NCBI GenBank assembly: GCA_002633005.1
Contig: NMRA01000352.1
Span: 224,905 to 288,904, forward strand
Source: Phoronis australis
Taxonomy: Eukaryota > Animalia > Phoronida
Length of the DNA: 64,000 nucleotides
Direction: 5' to 3'
A program made the position numbers and the translations under genes. A model generated the notes under the pieces. It saw only the letters and a list, made by a program, of their open reading frames with translations, ran no database searches and had not been told where the DNA came from. This document shows positions 35,501-60,093 of the stretch, in pieces (position 1 is the first letter of the stretch; each line of letters opens with the position of its first letter).

Positions 35501-37374
35501 AAAGGCATTTATTGGTGTGATGACGCTATCTTTCTGTTTTTGGATGGAATCTAGGTATTTTGCACCACCTAGTGGCCATTTTTGCTGTTTTCAAATCTTG
35601 TTTTTGATGTCCACCCCTGTGTCAACCAAATCATTTGAAAATTGGCAGATATGTTCTCAGTGTGAAGACTACCTTTGATGATGGTGACTGACTACTGTGG
35701 TGCCGCCTAGTGGTAGTTTTGTTTTGCGCCCATAGCTGTATCTCTAAACCCACTGCAGGATCTTTACTAAATTTAGTAAGTGAATTTATATGAAGCTAAC
35801 AACAGACGACGACGACTTTCAGGCGGATCCAACGGACACTGTGCCCACTAGTGGCAATTTCATTTCATTTTATTTTGTTTTCCTTTGTTTTTCTGATGTT
35901 CCTTGACGGATTTTTATGAAATGTGGCATGTTCCTGTTTTTGGATGGATTGTATGTGGCCATTTTTATGACACAAATAAATAACCCTAAAAGCAGACCAT
36001 TTGCAATGCATTTGTGGGCGCATTTCAACGCTCCGCGTTGCTCTTGTTCTAGTAGTATTAGTTTTGGGTGAATACCCTAGAATTTATTAAGACGTTTTGA
36101 AGATTCTGTCAACGATTCTGACGGAGGGTGAAAAAGAGGATGACATAGGTTTTGAAAGCATAGACAGATGATCTGGCGCTAAAACAAATTCGATAAATTA
36201 GGTTTTTCATAGTTTGGGACGATATTTAAGGTAAAAATTCACCTACTAGGAACTTGTTTGTGGTTGATTACTCGGACATTCCATCCTCATCTGAAGGTCT
36301 TTCAACTTATGGATTATCCGCGCTTTGTTGAATGGGGTCATGACCACGGACTAGCTGTAGACCTTCGTTTCGGTTCACGGTGGGCTTTCTGTTCCTGATA
36401 AAGACGGCNAATACTTCGAAAATTCTCATTTTCGGATTTAACGGATTTGTAAACACTCCATACACAAACATCAAACTAACTCAGTACTATTGTTATTGTT
36501 CACGTAAAAATTAAAATGACATTGTGCGCGTGCTTTCCGACGCAATTTCTATTATTGTTTTTTCCACAACAAAAGTGGTATTAAATTGTCCCTTGCTCGG
36601 TTTTGATGCGATCTCTGGAGTCGGTAAGAACTAAAAATTTGTTACAACTTGGGGCGAAGCTTATAAAATTTCATGTCACGGCGTACCTAAACTGGAATTT
36701 TATAAAAAGAAATAACGAACTGACAAATATGTAATGATGTCTTCAATCAATGCGTGTGCACACTTAGCAGCAAGTCCAGGATTCGAACCCCGGTAAGGAA
36801 ATATGTCTTTTCGGACTTGACAATAATTCACGCGATTTGATCAACATACACGTAAGGCCTATACGAAGACTTAAGGATTCTTATTTAGACGAGTTGTCAC
36901 TAGAGTTATTTGGATGTCCTGAAATAAGCTCCAATATGATTGCGGAACAATTTGAGACTAGTTTCATAACTGCAAGAGGCCCTTGAAAATCAAAAACTGC
37001 TTTAGACAGAAAGCCCGGATTTAATGCCAACTTGACATACGTGCGAAAGTAAGCGAACACATAAATTAATACCTTCACACAGGAACTATGATAATTTGGT
37101 AAATGGTAAAATTGAATTGTTCTAATTTATTTTCTTGATCATGCTTTTGGTTTTCATGAAACAGTCACAGCGGAATTATATTTTCATTTTGGTGTTGTTA
37201 GGGTTTTAATGAAAGCATTTAAAAAATTTTGCAGCAGGCGACGAGTGCAAGTGTGGAGTAGGTTGCAAGAAAGGCACTGCTTGCCAGTGTAAGGATGGTT
37301 GCCTCTGCCGTTTGATGGAGCTGGGGAACATGGGAGTCGCCTTCTCAACTTCGGTGTTCGCAAAATTTCGTTAA
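32582..37374 (+). CDS. Short metallothionein paralogue (MT-S), 4 visible exons, ~112 aa, 23 Cys; possibly decaying or incompletely assembled
   Basis: Exons 32582-32594, 32864-32959 (AKTCMIEAVCKKDVPACTSPAKCGPWESCKCA), 34090-34182 (GGSCQCGCGCDSKTACKCPVACSCIVRCGCR) and 37238-37374 (GDECKCGVGCKKGTACQCKDGCLCRLMELGNMGVAFSTSVFAKFR*). Homologous to MT-L exons 1, 2, 3 and 11; AATAAA at 37894. Confidence 0.78.
33586..33879. mobile_element. Inverted dimer of a ~155-bp MITE, nested in another short repeat (~33540-33975)
   Basis: GCCTCCCGTTCAGTAACGCTAGGACC... is mirrored about ~33743; monomers at 55924-56078 and 57646-57804. Confidence 0.75.
34351..36048 (+). mobile_element. DINE-1/HINE-like element with central tandem repeats, in MT-S intron 3
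   Basis: SubTIRs ATGCGTCCACA (34356) / TGTGGGCGCAT (36013); (CGTC)n microsatellite; ~145-bp units in ~435-bp higher-order repeats; 3' hairpin CAACGC-TCC-GCGTTG. Inserted in a T-run with no TSD; the empty site is visible in MT-L intron 3 (~21277). Confidence 0.8.
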
Positions 37375-38229
37375 ATGACCTAGGTGGTCCTAGATGCCAG
37401 AATGAGTTGATATGTTGGGCCTGATGGTTTACTTACTCGATTCAGAATTATCTGCTGTTCGCTGTCATGTTCCGTTGGTTTGATTCCAGTCTTCTTATTT
37501 ATTGAATACTGTTGATTTGTAATTATACCTAACTGCTTTTATATGCTGTCCATTTGGTGATAATAAAATTGAGTATGCTTTGAAGAACGCTTAAGTTTTA
37601 TTGTGACGTGGCCACGTACTCGTACGTAAACAGTTCAGTGTCTGTATAATTTTAAGTTTAAGACCTCCACTTCTAAAGTTTGTGAAACAGGTATCATATT
37701 TTAATATGACCCGATGGAAAGTTTTGTAGTTACGAGAATTGTCTTCTGAGATTTCTGGGAAAATCAGTTTCAGTTTACTTCAAATGTAAATTTATTTAGC
37801 TTGGCACACGAAGACTTTGACAACTAAGCAGAAGTAAAGTACTCTATATAAACTCTAAAATCCATCGGAATCTCAAAACTTCCTTGTCTGTGTAATAAAA
37901 CGCACAAGTATATTCTACTCAACAAAGTGCATGCATCGATAACGTTATGCCATAGATTAATTTCTATTTAATCCATGGTTATACTTTCCAAAAGTAACCA
38001 CACACAATAACTTCAAGATTGTTCAAATTTACAAAATGTTCTTGGAAAATCCTTTGCGTAAACACAATGACGAGATTTCAAACGCTTCACGCATTGTCTC
38101 TACGTACATGTACAAATGTAAAGCACTCCCAAGTTTCCTTTGAACGATCGTCTCCTTCAAAGGACTTCTGGTATTTTCCCCTGAGGAGGTGAACGTTATC
38201 TGTTTAGTGTACTTCAGTCACACGGCAAG

Positions 38230-41200
38230 TCATGTGACTTTCAAATTGTAGAATGATTGACGGTATGACCAAAATTGGCAAGTGCGCAGGCAACGTCCAC
38301 ATCTGAAGGCAAATTCAAGGCTCGAGGATACCCGAGGTTGAATCAAAGTGCGTCCAACTTTTTCAATGAGTGTGAAAACAGTACAAGCGGCCGCAAGTTC
38401 ATAAAAGCAAACGTTCATAATGAGTTCGATAAAGCTAAAAAAGACTTCTGTAAAAGTACAAAAATAAAACATACAGAAATATTTGGTATTCAGAACCCTA
38501 TGCACCAAATTTAGAAGTTCAAGAGTCCGGTGGATCCCACGCTGGAACGCTTCCAATACACTCTAGTTATTGCACTGAGCAAGCCAAGGCAAGGCAACAG
38601 TTACCTTGCTTCAACTGGACGGAAACTAAATATTCTACACTTTTGGAGTACATTTTAGGTTCATCCTCGCGTTCCCATTTGGTCAAAACATTCCGACTTG
38701 TTCGCAGGTTCTATGAGCAAGTTTGGTGTGACAGGGCCTTAAACTGACAAATGGTGAAGCTTTCAAGTGATATTTGACGGCACTTAACCAAGCAAAACTA
38801 GTTATGCCTACAGAAGCCCAGTCCGCTTCAGCGACGAACAATTTTGACCAGTATTAATCGATGTCTTCCAGGATACCAGGATGTTGTGCTCCATCCACTA
38901 GAGAGTCGGTGATCGACCACGAAAGATGCACTGGGGTTACAAGGGCATCCTTTAGCATGTCTAGGAAGCGTGGCATATCCGCGTCAGAACGTGTTACTCT
39001 AGAGTACAGCCTACAAGAACAATTTAAAAGGCGTTCACGATGAAACATATTACAGGCACCCCCCAAGACATACATCCTGTTTTATGACTTAATAGCTCAG
39101 TGATTTATTGACCAAAACATGAAATTGGCAGAGTGATACTTATTTGGATAATGTTCTCATACTCAAAACTCCCCTTTTCACCAAAATAACTTGTCTTGGA
39201 TTGGCTACTACGAAAATGAAGATTATCGTATTTATGTATGAAGGTAAACCAAAGGATCTTAGTTTAACTTACCGCCACGTATTACTGCAGAAATCTTTGA
39301 CAGACCTGACAACCTGAGGAAAGGTACTGAAAAGGAGGAAAATTAGCAAAAGTACTTCGTTAGGCCAAAGCACCATTACAGTCATCTGCATTATTTCGTT
39401 ACAACAGATAAATTTAATATACCACTGCGTAGGTGGCGGTGGTTTGAAATTATACATAACGATCTTCCCTCACAATACAAGAAACTACACGTCCAGTACA
39501 TGTGAAGACGCGACCAGTACTTATGTTCTTTGAGCGCAGTTGAAATTGCTTCAGAATTTTAGCAGCATGTAACAAGATCACTGCTGCGTCTTGTGGACCC
39601 AAAATAGTTGGACTGTAGTTAGCGCTAGAAATCTTCATTTATGAAACGGAAATGGTGAATTTTATCCCACAATGCAACATCCCAACGTCACCGCGACCCA
39701 TCACTTCGGCTGGGAAACGCTTACAAGCTCCCGAGTGAAACACTTGCTTTTCGTGGTGCTGCGTTATTTTGCATTTCTCGCTTGGTTCCTACGGCAAGCT
39801 AACACAATCATGAAATGGAAACATACTATTTAGCTCAATAAAACTAGCCAGATTTAGAGTTCGCAAATTTCACTGATATACCGTGACATCACCTCAGTGG
39901 AAGCCATACCAGCCATTGGAGCTCAGCCTTTAAACTGCCATGAGTGGGGCCCACATGTACATGTACATGTACATGACACACGTCGCATATGTGCACATAC
40001 GGGGAATTTGGGATACAGTCAGGCTTGCTACATACCACGTACTATTATGAAGCTCAACGTCTAGCTTCTATAAGAAGGCGATTTATGCTTCAGCCGTTAC
40101 GTACTACACTCACTGGCATTAGTTTCTGCCCGTAAAAACCTCTGCCCTCTATACAGGTGCAGGTTTTTGAAGGCATCACGAACTGAACACAGAGTGCCCG
40201 TTTTGTACCCTTTTGACAGGTTTTAAATTGTTTTGAATTGAAACTAGACACGATTTTACGAGTGTATACAAAGCTTCGATTTTTTTCAATAAACACTTCA
40301 ATTCCTTATCAACAAAATATATTTTGAAAGAAGTCGGTTTTTCGTAAGACTAGAGCTAATGAATATGTCTCGTAAAAAGTGCAACGTGACCTACATTTCC
40401 CAGAATGGTCACACGAGAAAGAAACTGAACTTGTTCCTGTCGGATTACGGCGATCGATCTTAAGCAATAATACCTCATTGTTTTAATTTGTGAACTTAAC
40501 CATTCAATAAGAGGTTGGAAAGATTAGTGTTTGTTTTCACGCCCAGTTCCACATGACCGATTTAACAAAACATAGGCAAAGATCGCTGCTCGTTTTCACG
40601 CCCATTATCTCCGGTAGCGACAAACCTACCTTTCATTCTGCCATCAAATCATCCATCTGCGCTTTAAGTTCAAGTTGAGGTCATGACCTTTTGGTTGGTT
40701 ATGTTTCAAAAGTTTCCGGGGACCACGATTAACTTTTCTGGCTTTAGAAATTTTGGTAACTGAATCAAAGATAGCGATTCACTTCGATGCAAGACACAAA
40801 AATGTGGCTTAATTTAAATTTTAGCTTTCTCAATTGCCAAACTCGAGTCCAGCAACTTTAGAATATTTAAAAAGCAAATGGAGCAACATTAATATTTCAA
40901 AAATTTACACTTACCCTGTCAAAAAGTATATCCCTAAGACTTCAAAACACATTCCAATTCTTGGAAATCCAAACAGAACAGCAAGAATACCAAATTGGGT
41001 TAACTGAAACCCTTTCTCTGTTTCATTAAGGAATGATTCGAACTGGATTAGGTCAAAAGCAACCACAGCAAATCCAGCTACAAGTAACATCTGAAAAGAG
41101 ATCAACTTATCATGTCATAAAATGCGTTTTGAAAAATCTAGGCCTGCTGCGCGGCAGGTTTTGTGAATCAAAATGCCTAAGAAACTCCACTGCCCAGTTG

Positions 41201-44200
41201 CATGATCCTAAATAGAGACTTGACTAAGTTCCATAAATCATTTGCGTATTCGTGTCGTTCTTTACCGACAGATGTAATTAACTTTTTCTGTCAGTGTATC
41301 CTTATTATTATGATATCCTCTTTGACTGTTGACATTTTGTTATAATATAATTAAAAAATGATCAATGAAAACAATTAGAGACTTAGTCATTTAATTAGTG
41401 GCGTTGCATGAGAAGATACCAATTTATTTTCAATAGTTTGATAATTCAATATTAAGTTCATACGGTCCAGTGTGTATCAAAGTCAAAAAACACAACATAA
41501 ATGAAAATAAAAATAAAACCATTGAGAATGTTTCATGCAACCGGGCATATGAGCACATGTATTCAGAGCAAAAGTTCTGGGACTTTGGAAAAAATAAGGA
41601 ATGTAGAAAATCCACATTGTGTTCATGTATTATATAACTTATTGTATGATATTGCAAGCTTCGTGATCACAGTAGAATTATAGACCCTCTTTGGTTCATG
41701 ATCACACGTCTGCATCTTCGTGCTGAATTTGAGATCGAACCTGTAGGTACATTCGTAACACACTTCTATAGGCTCAAACTTCACGGAAATTCCCAAGGTG
41801 TTCCGCATGACTTTGGTACTGTGTCAGAGTGCGAACAATATGGAAAGTAACGTAAATTTTGATGAGTTTGCTAAAACAACACTTACGTGTATCAAAATCA
41901 ACAATGTATGATTCCATGGGAACAGTAAGCCAGGGAGCGCGGTGAACAGTACAACTCCTGACATTCCGAGACATATCTGGAGTTTTGGACTGTAAGCAAC
42001 ATAACACAATTATATGTCCGTTGGAATACAAATAAATTTGTAGAGATGGCATGAGAACAACGTTATAGAGCTTGCTACACCGACTAGGCTAGGCTAGGCT
42101 AGGCGAGGTGGTTTACCCCGCGCGGTCTTTTAGGACATCAAAGGAATTGTGGCGACAGCATCAAGCATCAAGTGAAGCCTAATTCACAAAGACGAGCCCA
42201 AGTTGAGTGAGAGCGTAAATCTTTGTTAGAATGTAGGGCGCCTGTAAATATTTCCACCAATAATTAGGTTTGAGGTATTGGAATCACGAATGGTACGGCA
42301 ATGCACTGTCTGCGGGTGATCGCGGTGAGGGAGGTGTAATTTGTACATGCAACTTATAAGCCACGTGCGGCTTATGGTTTTACAGTAATAGCTATAAGTC
42401 AGTATAACTATATTCAGTAGAAGTGAAATAATCGGTGCATGAAATGTGGTGCACCTTTGCTTCTATTTCCGCAAAATCTGCGTTGTCAGTAACCCTTTAC
42501 CTCGCTGGTTGTTGAACCATATCAGACCTTCAGGAAATTTACTTGCAATAACCTCAGTTGAGTATAAGTTAGGTGTTCAGGTATAACGTCCAGCAAACAA
42601 AGCGTTCTGGTAATAGTTAACCTCCAAACTCTGCATAAGCGAGTAGTAATAATCAGTTTATCGGATTTTCCAAGCAGATTTGGCCATTGAAGGAAAGCGA
42701 GCAATGTACAGTTATGCCCCTGACCTAGACTGAGAACGTTATGAGCTTTCCGAAAACAATTTAGTTTTAAGTTCACGCTTAAAATCAATCAAAAGTAAGC
42801 ATGAGTATTAAAGTGAACACAACATGACTCTAGTACCTCAAAATAAATTTTATTATTATATCTTACTTGATTTCAGTTCCTTTAGTGCACAGCTCATAAA
42901 GAAACACGCAAAAATTTAAAAAATAATTATTATGCACAACGTCATGGGTTGAACACAAGTCGTTCGCCAAACTGTTTGGATCAGAGACAAAGTGTATAGA
43001 GTGAAGAGAAAGCAAAGTACATTTAGCGTCGAGAAGGTTCGTAGAGGGATCAAAAGATGAGTTTCCGGAGGCTTCAGTAACAGCAGCCAGGCGGAGAACG
43101 TCTGTTCCGAAGGACACCAAAGTTGCGCAGAAGTGGCATCGCTTCGTGGGCCGAACGAGAGTGTGGGACGTCATCGTGGACCAAGCGATTCGGTCCGGGG
43201 TCACTCTGTGTTCTGCCCACTTTGAGGACTCGCGTTTCGACTCCAGTCACAGGAGACGTTACGATAAAGGACAATATTTATCATTCAGAGACATCAGCTC
43301 AGGATCGTCTGTTGGCTGACTGGGTTGACTCGCCGAGCCCGAGGCCGCTTCTCCCGCGGGAGGATCCAGTTCGTAAGGCTCAAAGTAGAAACGTACGCAG
43401 CCGGAAGCACATTAAACTGGTTCTCGCTTTCGTGCAACCCCATTTCCTCATCCTGGCCACCATTCCCGTACGTTTTTTCATAGTATTCGTTCAATTCTTG
43501 CTCATAATCGTCGTCGCTTTCAAATTCCCTGCTCTCCGCCATTGTTCAATGCTATTCACTGAATCTCTTGTGTTCAACCATGACGTCACATGGCGGGAAA
43601 TGTGAAAATTGGCAAAATTGAAAGAAAAATCAAAATTTCGAGCTAATTGCACAAAGTAAACATGGGTTTAGCTAAATTTTACGTCATACATATAGTCTGT
43701 GGCCACCGGTAATTCAAAATGTGCAAAAATCCGTATGAGGAAGCTGGGCACTTCTGGAAATCAACTTCTCATCTTGCACTTCAACTTAGTAATTAGTGAA
43801 TAAAGGCTTAGCAAATTAATTACGAGCGCATCACAGTCTAGAAACAAATAACGGAAATTATCACAAAAACTAACAGCTGCTCACTGAGATTTTGCACTTT
43901 TGCTCAAGCTGGAGATTTAATTATTTTCCGAAATTATTGAGTGAAGTCTAAGACCAAAACGCCTGACTTGAAAGTCTGACGTCACTTTTCATGAAACAGG
44001 TCCCAAGACTCATTCTCAGATGCTGCTTTGCCGAGACCTGTGGAACCAAGTTGAAGCTATGGCCATACGTGTTCTTAACAGGAAAACGTGAATTTTTCTA
44101 TATTCAGCATGAACATTTTTCCTTCATCCAGGCCACAATATTAGCAAGACACTGTTCGATTCACACAATTGTCTGAGAGTGACGTCATACAGGTTTACAG

Positions 44201-46331
44201 GTATTTCAATGTACATCAAACATCTTAAAATTAGTTAGCAGAATGTGACGATATCAAAAAGTATCAGCTACGTGTAACATTTCAAAGTGCGCATCCACAA
44301 ACTACGTGAATGGATGCACTAAAACTATCGTTTTTTAGAAATGACGGATCGCGCCAACGTCTTGTACTTTCAAGTTTCTTCTGTCTAATTTAGTTTCTTC
44401 TTCATGCACGGAAACAAAACCTAAGGGTCCGTTCCATAGACGAGATACAATTGTGAAAACGCAAGGTATCATCCCGCATTACAAACAAAGCAATGATTAA
44501 TGTTGGTTCACTGGCGAGTTGCGTCTACGGATCTATGCCTGCACGTCTTTCAATTTCTTTGCTACGGTTTCAAAGCAGTAACAACAAATAGAAGTGGAAA
44601 CAAATAAACTCACTCGTCCGTAAAGTTGTAGAAGTTCGAGAAGTGCCTGGCATGAGTTTTTCTGTAAATAATTAGACACCTTAAAGACATTTGACAAATG
44701 GGACAATAGGTACGCACTAAACAATTCTTCTCTTGGAGTGTTTTTAACCCAGTGAGTTTTCATAAAGTGATATTGCGAGCCCTACAGCAGTTACGGAATA
44801 TTAAACGCGGTTCTACCTTCTTAGCAGATGTCAACAACCACAACATCGTATTTAACATCAAATGATTATTGAAATGACAGAGCCGTTAGTGGTCATCAAA
44901 GGTTTTGAGCAAAAAAAAACTAAACCGGTCAACAAATTCTGCTCCATAGGCAAACACCGAGTCCAGTTCAACAAGTAATACCTCGATATAGATAAGCAAG
45001 ACCTCACGAGATTCCGCGAGATATCGCCGTATGTTTTCAATGAGAGCACGTGATTTTGGTTAGATTTTCCCCCCGCGAGTCGGCCATTAACGCTATTTCT
45101 CTACTTACGCCACAGCAACAAATGCCCCAAGCAGGAGCAAAGAGTAACCAATCACAGGGCTGAAGATCACCATCATTAGCGGAGGGCTCAAGATCGCTAC
45201 AAGTCCTTTGATGTTGAGAAGGGGGGCCACCCCAACGAAATTTATAAGTCCAGCTATGGCAATTGACTGGAAAAAACAAGAGACGTCTGTGAATTCCATG
45301 TTACTGCGTCAGTTTTATCTGCAGCTCGATAACGAGCCTATCAACAATCTGGCACCAGCCTACTCACGTATCCTCACAAGTACAGCAAGCGCAAGTTGAC
45401 CCAAGCAGCTTTCTCCGTCGCTTCGGTCGGGAAACAGGTTAAAGTGGTATTTGCAACGGGAGGACTTGAAAATCAATTCCTGCAAAAAAGCGCCCAGTGA
45501 TCTTGTAGGAAGATCTGTTTTGTGGTGCAGTGGGAATTCGTTGAGTTGTCCAATACTTCAATAGGCGGTCTACCAACGCAGCCTTTCTCGCTTGCACATG
45601 GCAACACTGAGAACTAAATTTACACAGCTTACTACGAACGCAGTTCACGGGTCCGTGAATATTTGCCTCGCTGTGTACGGGTGAGCGAGCTATAGTTGAG
45701 CTATAGTTCACTTGAGACAGACAGCTCAGCTCGTAGCCCTCTGTCTGTTCTCAGAGGTAGAAATGTTTGAGGCCAGAATATGAACGGAGTGTAAGAGCAT
45801 TGTGAAACATAGTTTGGCTGTTTATGCAAATATATTCTATGTAGACGCTTTTTGTCATCAAAGGACATTTTTGTCCGATTCGTACACTACGTTAAGACAT
45901 ATTTATTTGCCATTCAGGAAACTACATTCACTCCAAAGTGATGACAGGGTGCGGCGGAGGAACTTTCTAGCTTGAACAAAATTGATAGTTTAAAGGACTT
46001 AAACGGGAATTTTAATCTTTTTGAAAGCATTTTGGTCAATTAGGCACATTAAGTCACTCATAAAGGATTTTTATTCTTTTTCATTGAAACGAAACTCAAT
46101 GAATATTCGTCAAAACGGAAATGTGACGGTGCATGTGAGCAACTCGCAAAATGCAAACACCGGCTTTAACAGTCTACAGAATTAGTCCACGTACTTTCCC
46201 ACAAGTATATACTTACACAGCCCAAGCAGAACAGTGAATCAGCGATAACAAGAATGCTCAGTGGCCAGCTCAGTCCCACAGTTGCTAGTCCGAGAGCAAC
46301 TAATTCAACAACAGTCCGGACGGGTTGACAA
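38230..46331 (-). CDS. Unidentified multipass membrane protein, 3' exons
   Basis: Phase-compatible GT-AG exons 46217-46331, 45378-45479, 45109-45266, 42543-42630, 41887-41976, 40915-41090, 40114-40243, 39273-39385, 39163-39207, 38941-39010, 38605-38710, 38230-38447. They give a continuous hydrophobic ORF (…VELVALGLATVGLSWPLSILVI…SIAIAGLINFVGVAPLL…MLLVAGFAVVAFDLIQFESFL…). Some donors and acceptors have alternatives. Confidence 0.65.
43060..43600. mobile_element. Kolobok-like transposon remnant: THAP domain fragment (+) convergent with an acidic ORF (-)
   Basis: + strand 43104-43319 reads VPKDTKVAQKWHRFVGRTRVW...LCSAHFEDSRF (THAP P..W..R..LCS.HF). - strand 43294-43542 is acidic (MAESREFESDDDYEQE), with YFEPY in a shifted frame. 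Ends are unclear. Confidence 0.6.
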
Positions 46332-48070
46332 CTGTCAGAAGCAATAACAATTTTTTAGCACTGTTTTGTACGAATCCCGGGGTCTAAGCTTAGTAATCAA
46401 GCACTTATTGCTTGACATAGCACTGATTCCTAACACGAATAAGCCAAGTCGCCTTTATAAAAGTTCAGACATTCGCCCGTTATTTCAGTGCAATTCACAC
46501 TCGGCCGGTAAGCAGGAAATGTCTCCCCAATGCGCTTGAAGTCAAAAGCAATTTTCAGTATCGGCAGTGAGTGATCGGGGAATCGTCACTATGGTCGTAT
46601 TTATTCTACTTTTTGAAAGGTTTTCTCAGCACACAGAAACTGAAAAGGCGTTTAAAAGCAAATAAAAGCTTACCAATTGTGCAGATTTTCGCTAAAATTT
46701 ACTTGCTTAACTTGTCACACAACCTAGTCGAACACATACAGCAGGCCCGGGCCCAAGTCCCGCCGATTCTGCACTGAGACACCGGTGCAGCTGAGAGTTG
46801 GCTCAAACGAGCAGTCACTGAGCTACTTCGCACATCACAGACACCCGTAATCGCATCCGGGGCAACTCCGGTATTATCGTAACCTCTAGTTTCCCCTCGT
46901 ACGTGAACGTAATCTGTGCATGCGCAAACTTGAGTCGTACGACCAATAATTTTGAAGCTTGAAAGTCACATGACTTGCCTCCTGACTAAAATATGCTCTC
47001 CTGCAGATAGCGATCACCTCCGAGTGGGAAACTTAAGGCTACTTGAATACTTAAAGTGCTTCAGATGCAGTACCCATCCCACTTCATAGTCGTCAATCTT
47101 GTCATGCAAATTAGATTGATCATCTTGAAAGCGTTCGAGTTCCTCGTGAAAATCATTGTTGGGTAATGAGAACTTGATAAACATGAGATGCTCATGACGT
47201 CACAAACTCGACTTGGAGAATTGAGATTCATCATGAAAAGGCGATTCAGCCGTATCAAGCATTTCGGAAATTCAAGATACAATGGAAAACGAAAATATAT
47301 GCAAATTCAGATATACATGGCGCTATAAAAATACATTCCCAATTCAAATGACTATATCTGCGTTGTTTACAAACTTACGAACATTCATGATTACTTTGTT
47401 TAAATTCACACAGAAGTAACAAAATAGGAATGAAGTCTTCAAACCAAAATAAATGGATTATTGTTTAACTTTGGGATAAGATTGACTATCTTTGCTATTC
47501 CTTGACGTTATTGAGTTGATAGAAGCATTGCACGATAAAATTTCGTTGTTCAAAACTGAAATATTTGTTTTGCCAATCCCATGCATATAAAGCACGCGAC
47601 GTCTCGAGCGTCTGTACGTCCCGCCACAGAATGTCATCCACGGGAACTAAACTTGAACATCGGGGGTTGTACTGAAGTGTCAGGACATTTTTGGGAACCC
47701 CTGAAGTATGAAATTTACTTCCCAAAACTCAAAACACCAAAAAACATATGATTTGTACTTTAAATGTCGCTTTGCAAGTTTCCGGGTAGGATTAACGGAC
47801 TGTGGTTATTCCGTGTTAAATCGACGGAAAATTGGGAGTTGTGACAACGAGCGCCTAAAATAAAGTCGAGTGCACAACAGAACTTCTCGGCGGAGTTGCA
47901 TGTGTGTTTGTTACTGTGATTTGCTTGACTTTTCTCAAAATAAATAAGGCAAACGAAGAAAAAGCTAAAAACGAACTAGTTGATCCTTTCAAATGAGAAT
48001 TTTGCACAAGACAGTTAAAAACGACCCGAAGTAGCAGGGTTGTTTTTGTTGTTGCGTAATCTCTACCCAC

Positions 48071-59389
<11,319 letters not shown>

Positions 59390-59661
59390 CTAGAAGACAG
59401 AGATGAAATATGATCCGTTAGTGACGGCCGTCCCGCAGAAATAACCAGTTTTATTCTAGAGGTTTCCTACAAACTACTCAAGAAAGCGACGACCTCTTAA
59501 GGGACCTTTCAAATATGTGCATGCGACTTTTTGCGTAAGTAACTTGGTGGATTAGATGAAACCGTGTTTCTTCCAGGTCAATAAAAGAGTTAAAAAACAC
59601 TAGACATGGACCAGTGACCAGAATTATCCCGTAAAAATGTGCAAGATATTTTTGGTTTAGG

Positions 59662-59870
59662 GAAGGCAGTGTGGCCTAGTGGGTTGAGTATCCGGCTCCT
59701 GTTCACGAGTCCCATCAAACCCCAATGCTTGACCCTTGAGTCAGCTCTTTAGCCCCAACCCCAAGCCCGGTTTTAAGTTGCTTGTATGTCTATAACGGTG
59801 ATGTATTCATTGATAAATGAAAATGGTTTCAGGTATTTGGTGCAATGGTTCCAGAAGAACAGCCTGCGCA
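59662..59870 (+). mobile_element. Degenerate tRNA-derived SINE
   Basis: GGCAGTGTGGCCTAGTGG head and GACCCTTGAGTCAG block shared with the 27920 and 60562 copies. Confidence 0.55.
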
Positions 59871-60093
59871 CGTCTTGTGCAACGTGCATCGGACTACCTG
59901 CATTATTTTTATTTGTCGAACCAGATGGTCTTCAAGTCATGTTGCATGGTACGTTTTCCGATTACATTCTCATCAGATACAGTCATTCCTTGGAATGGCA
60001 ATATTGTGCGACTAACCAGCTACTGACAGTTTCACACTGGCACATGCGGTCCCAATCTGAGTGGAAGGACAAGGTTCAGTGAGGTCGAGGTTA

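Larger units (their letters stand above)
18895..40724 (+). repeat. Tandem segmental duplication: unit 1 ~18895-31214, unit 2 ~31215-40724
   Basis: Collinear homologous blocks: promoter (19230-19760 vs 31790-32620), MT exons, 3' flank (26580-27730 vs 37605-38745), 28200-28450 vs 39140-39390, and 30560-31214 vs 40130-40724 (both end TTTCCGGGGACC). Confidence 0.85.

Noticed and set aside
18895-40724. Two haplotypes assembled in tandem instead of a true duplication
   Set aside because: Considered unlikely: the copies are visibly quite diverged, have different TE insertions, and one carries pseudogenised exons of the neighbouring gene. Not formally excluded without read data.
42501-42630. Alternative frame with in-frame TGA (…AGRYT*TPNL…LIWFNNQR) suggesting selenocysteine or readthrough
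   Set aside because: Another frame is open and phase-compatible with neighbouring exons, and no SECIS evidence was seen.
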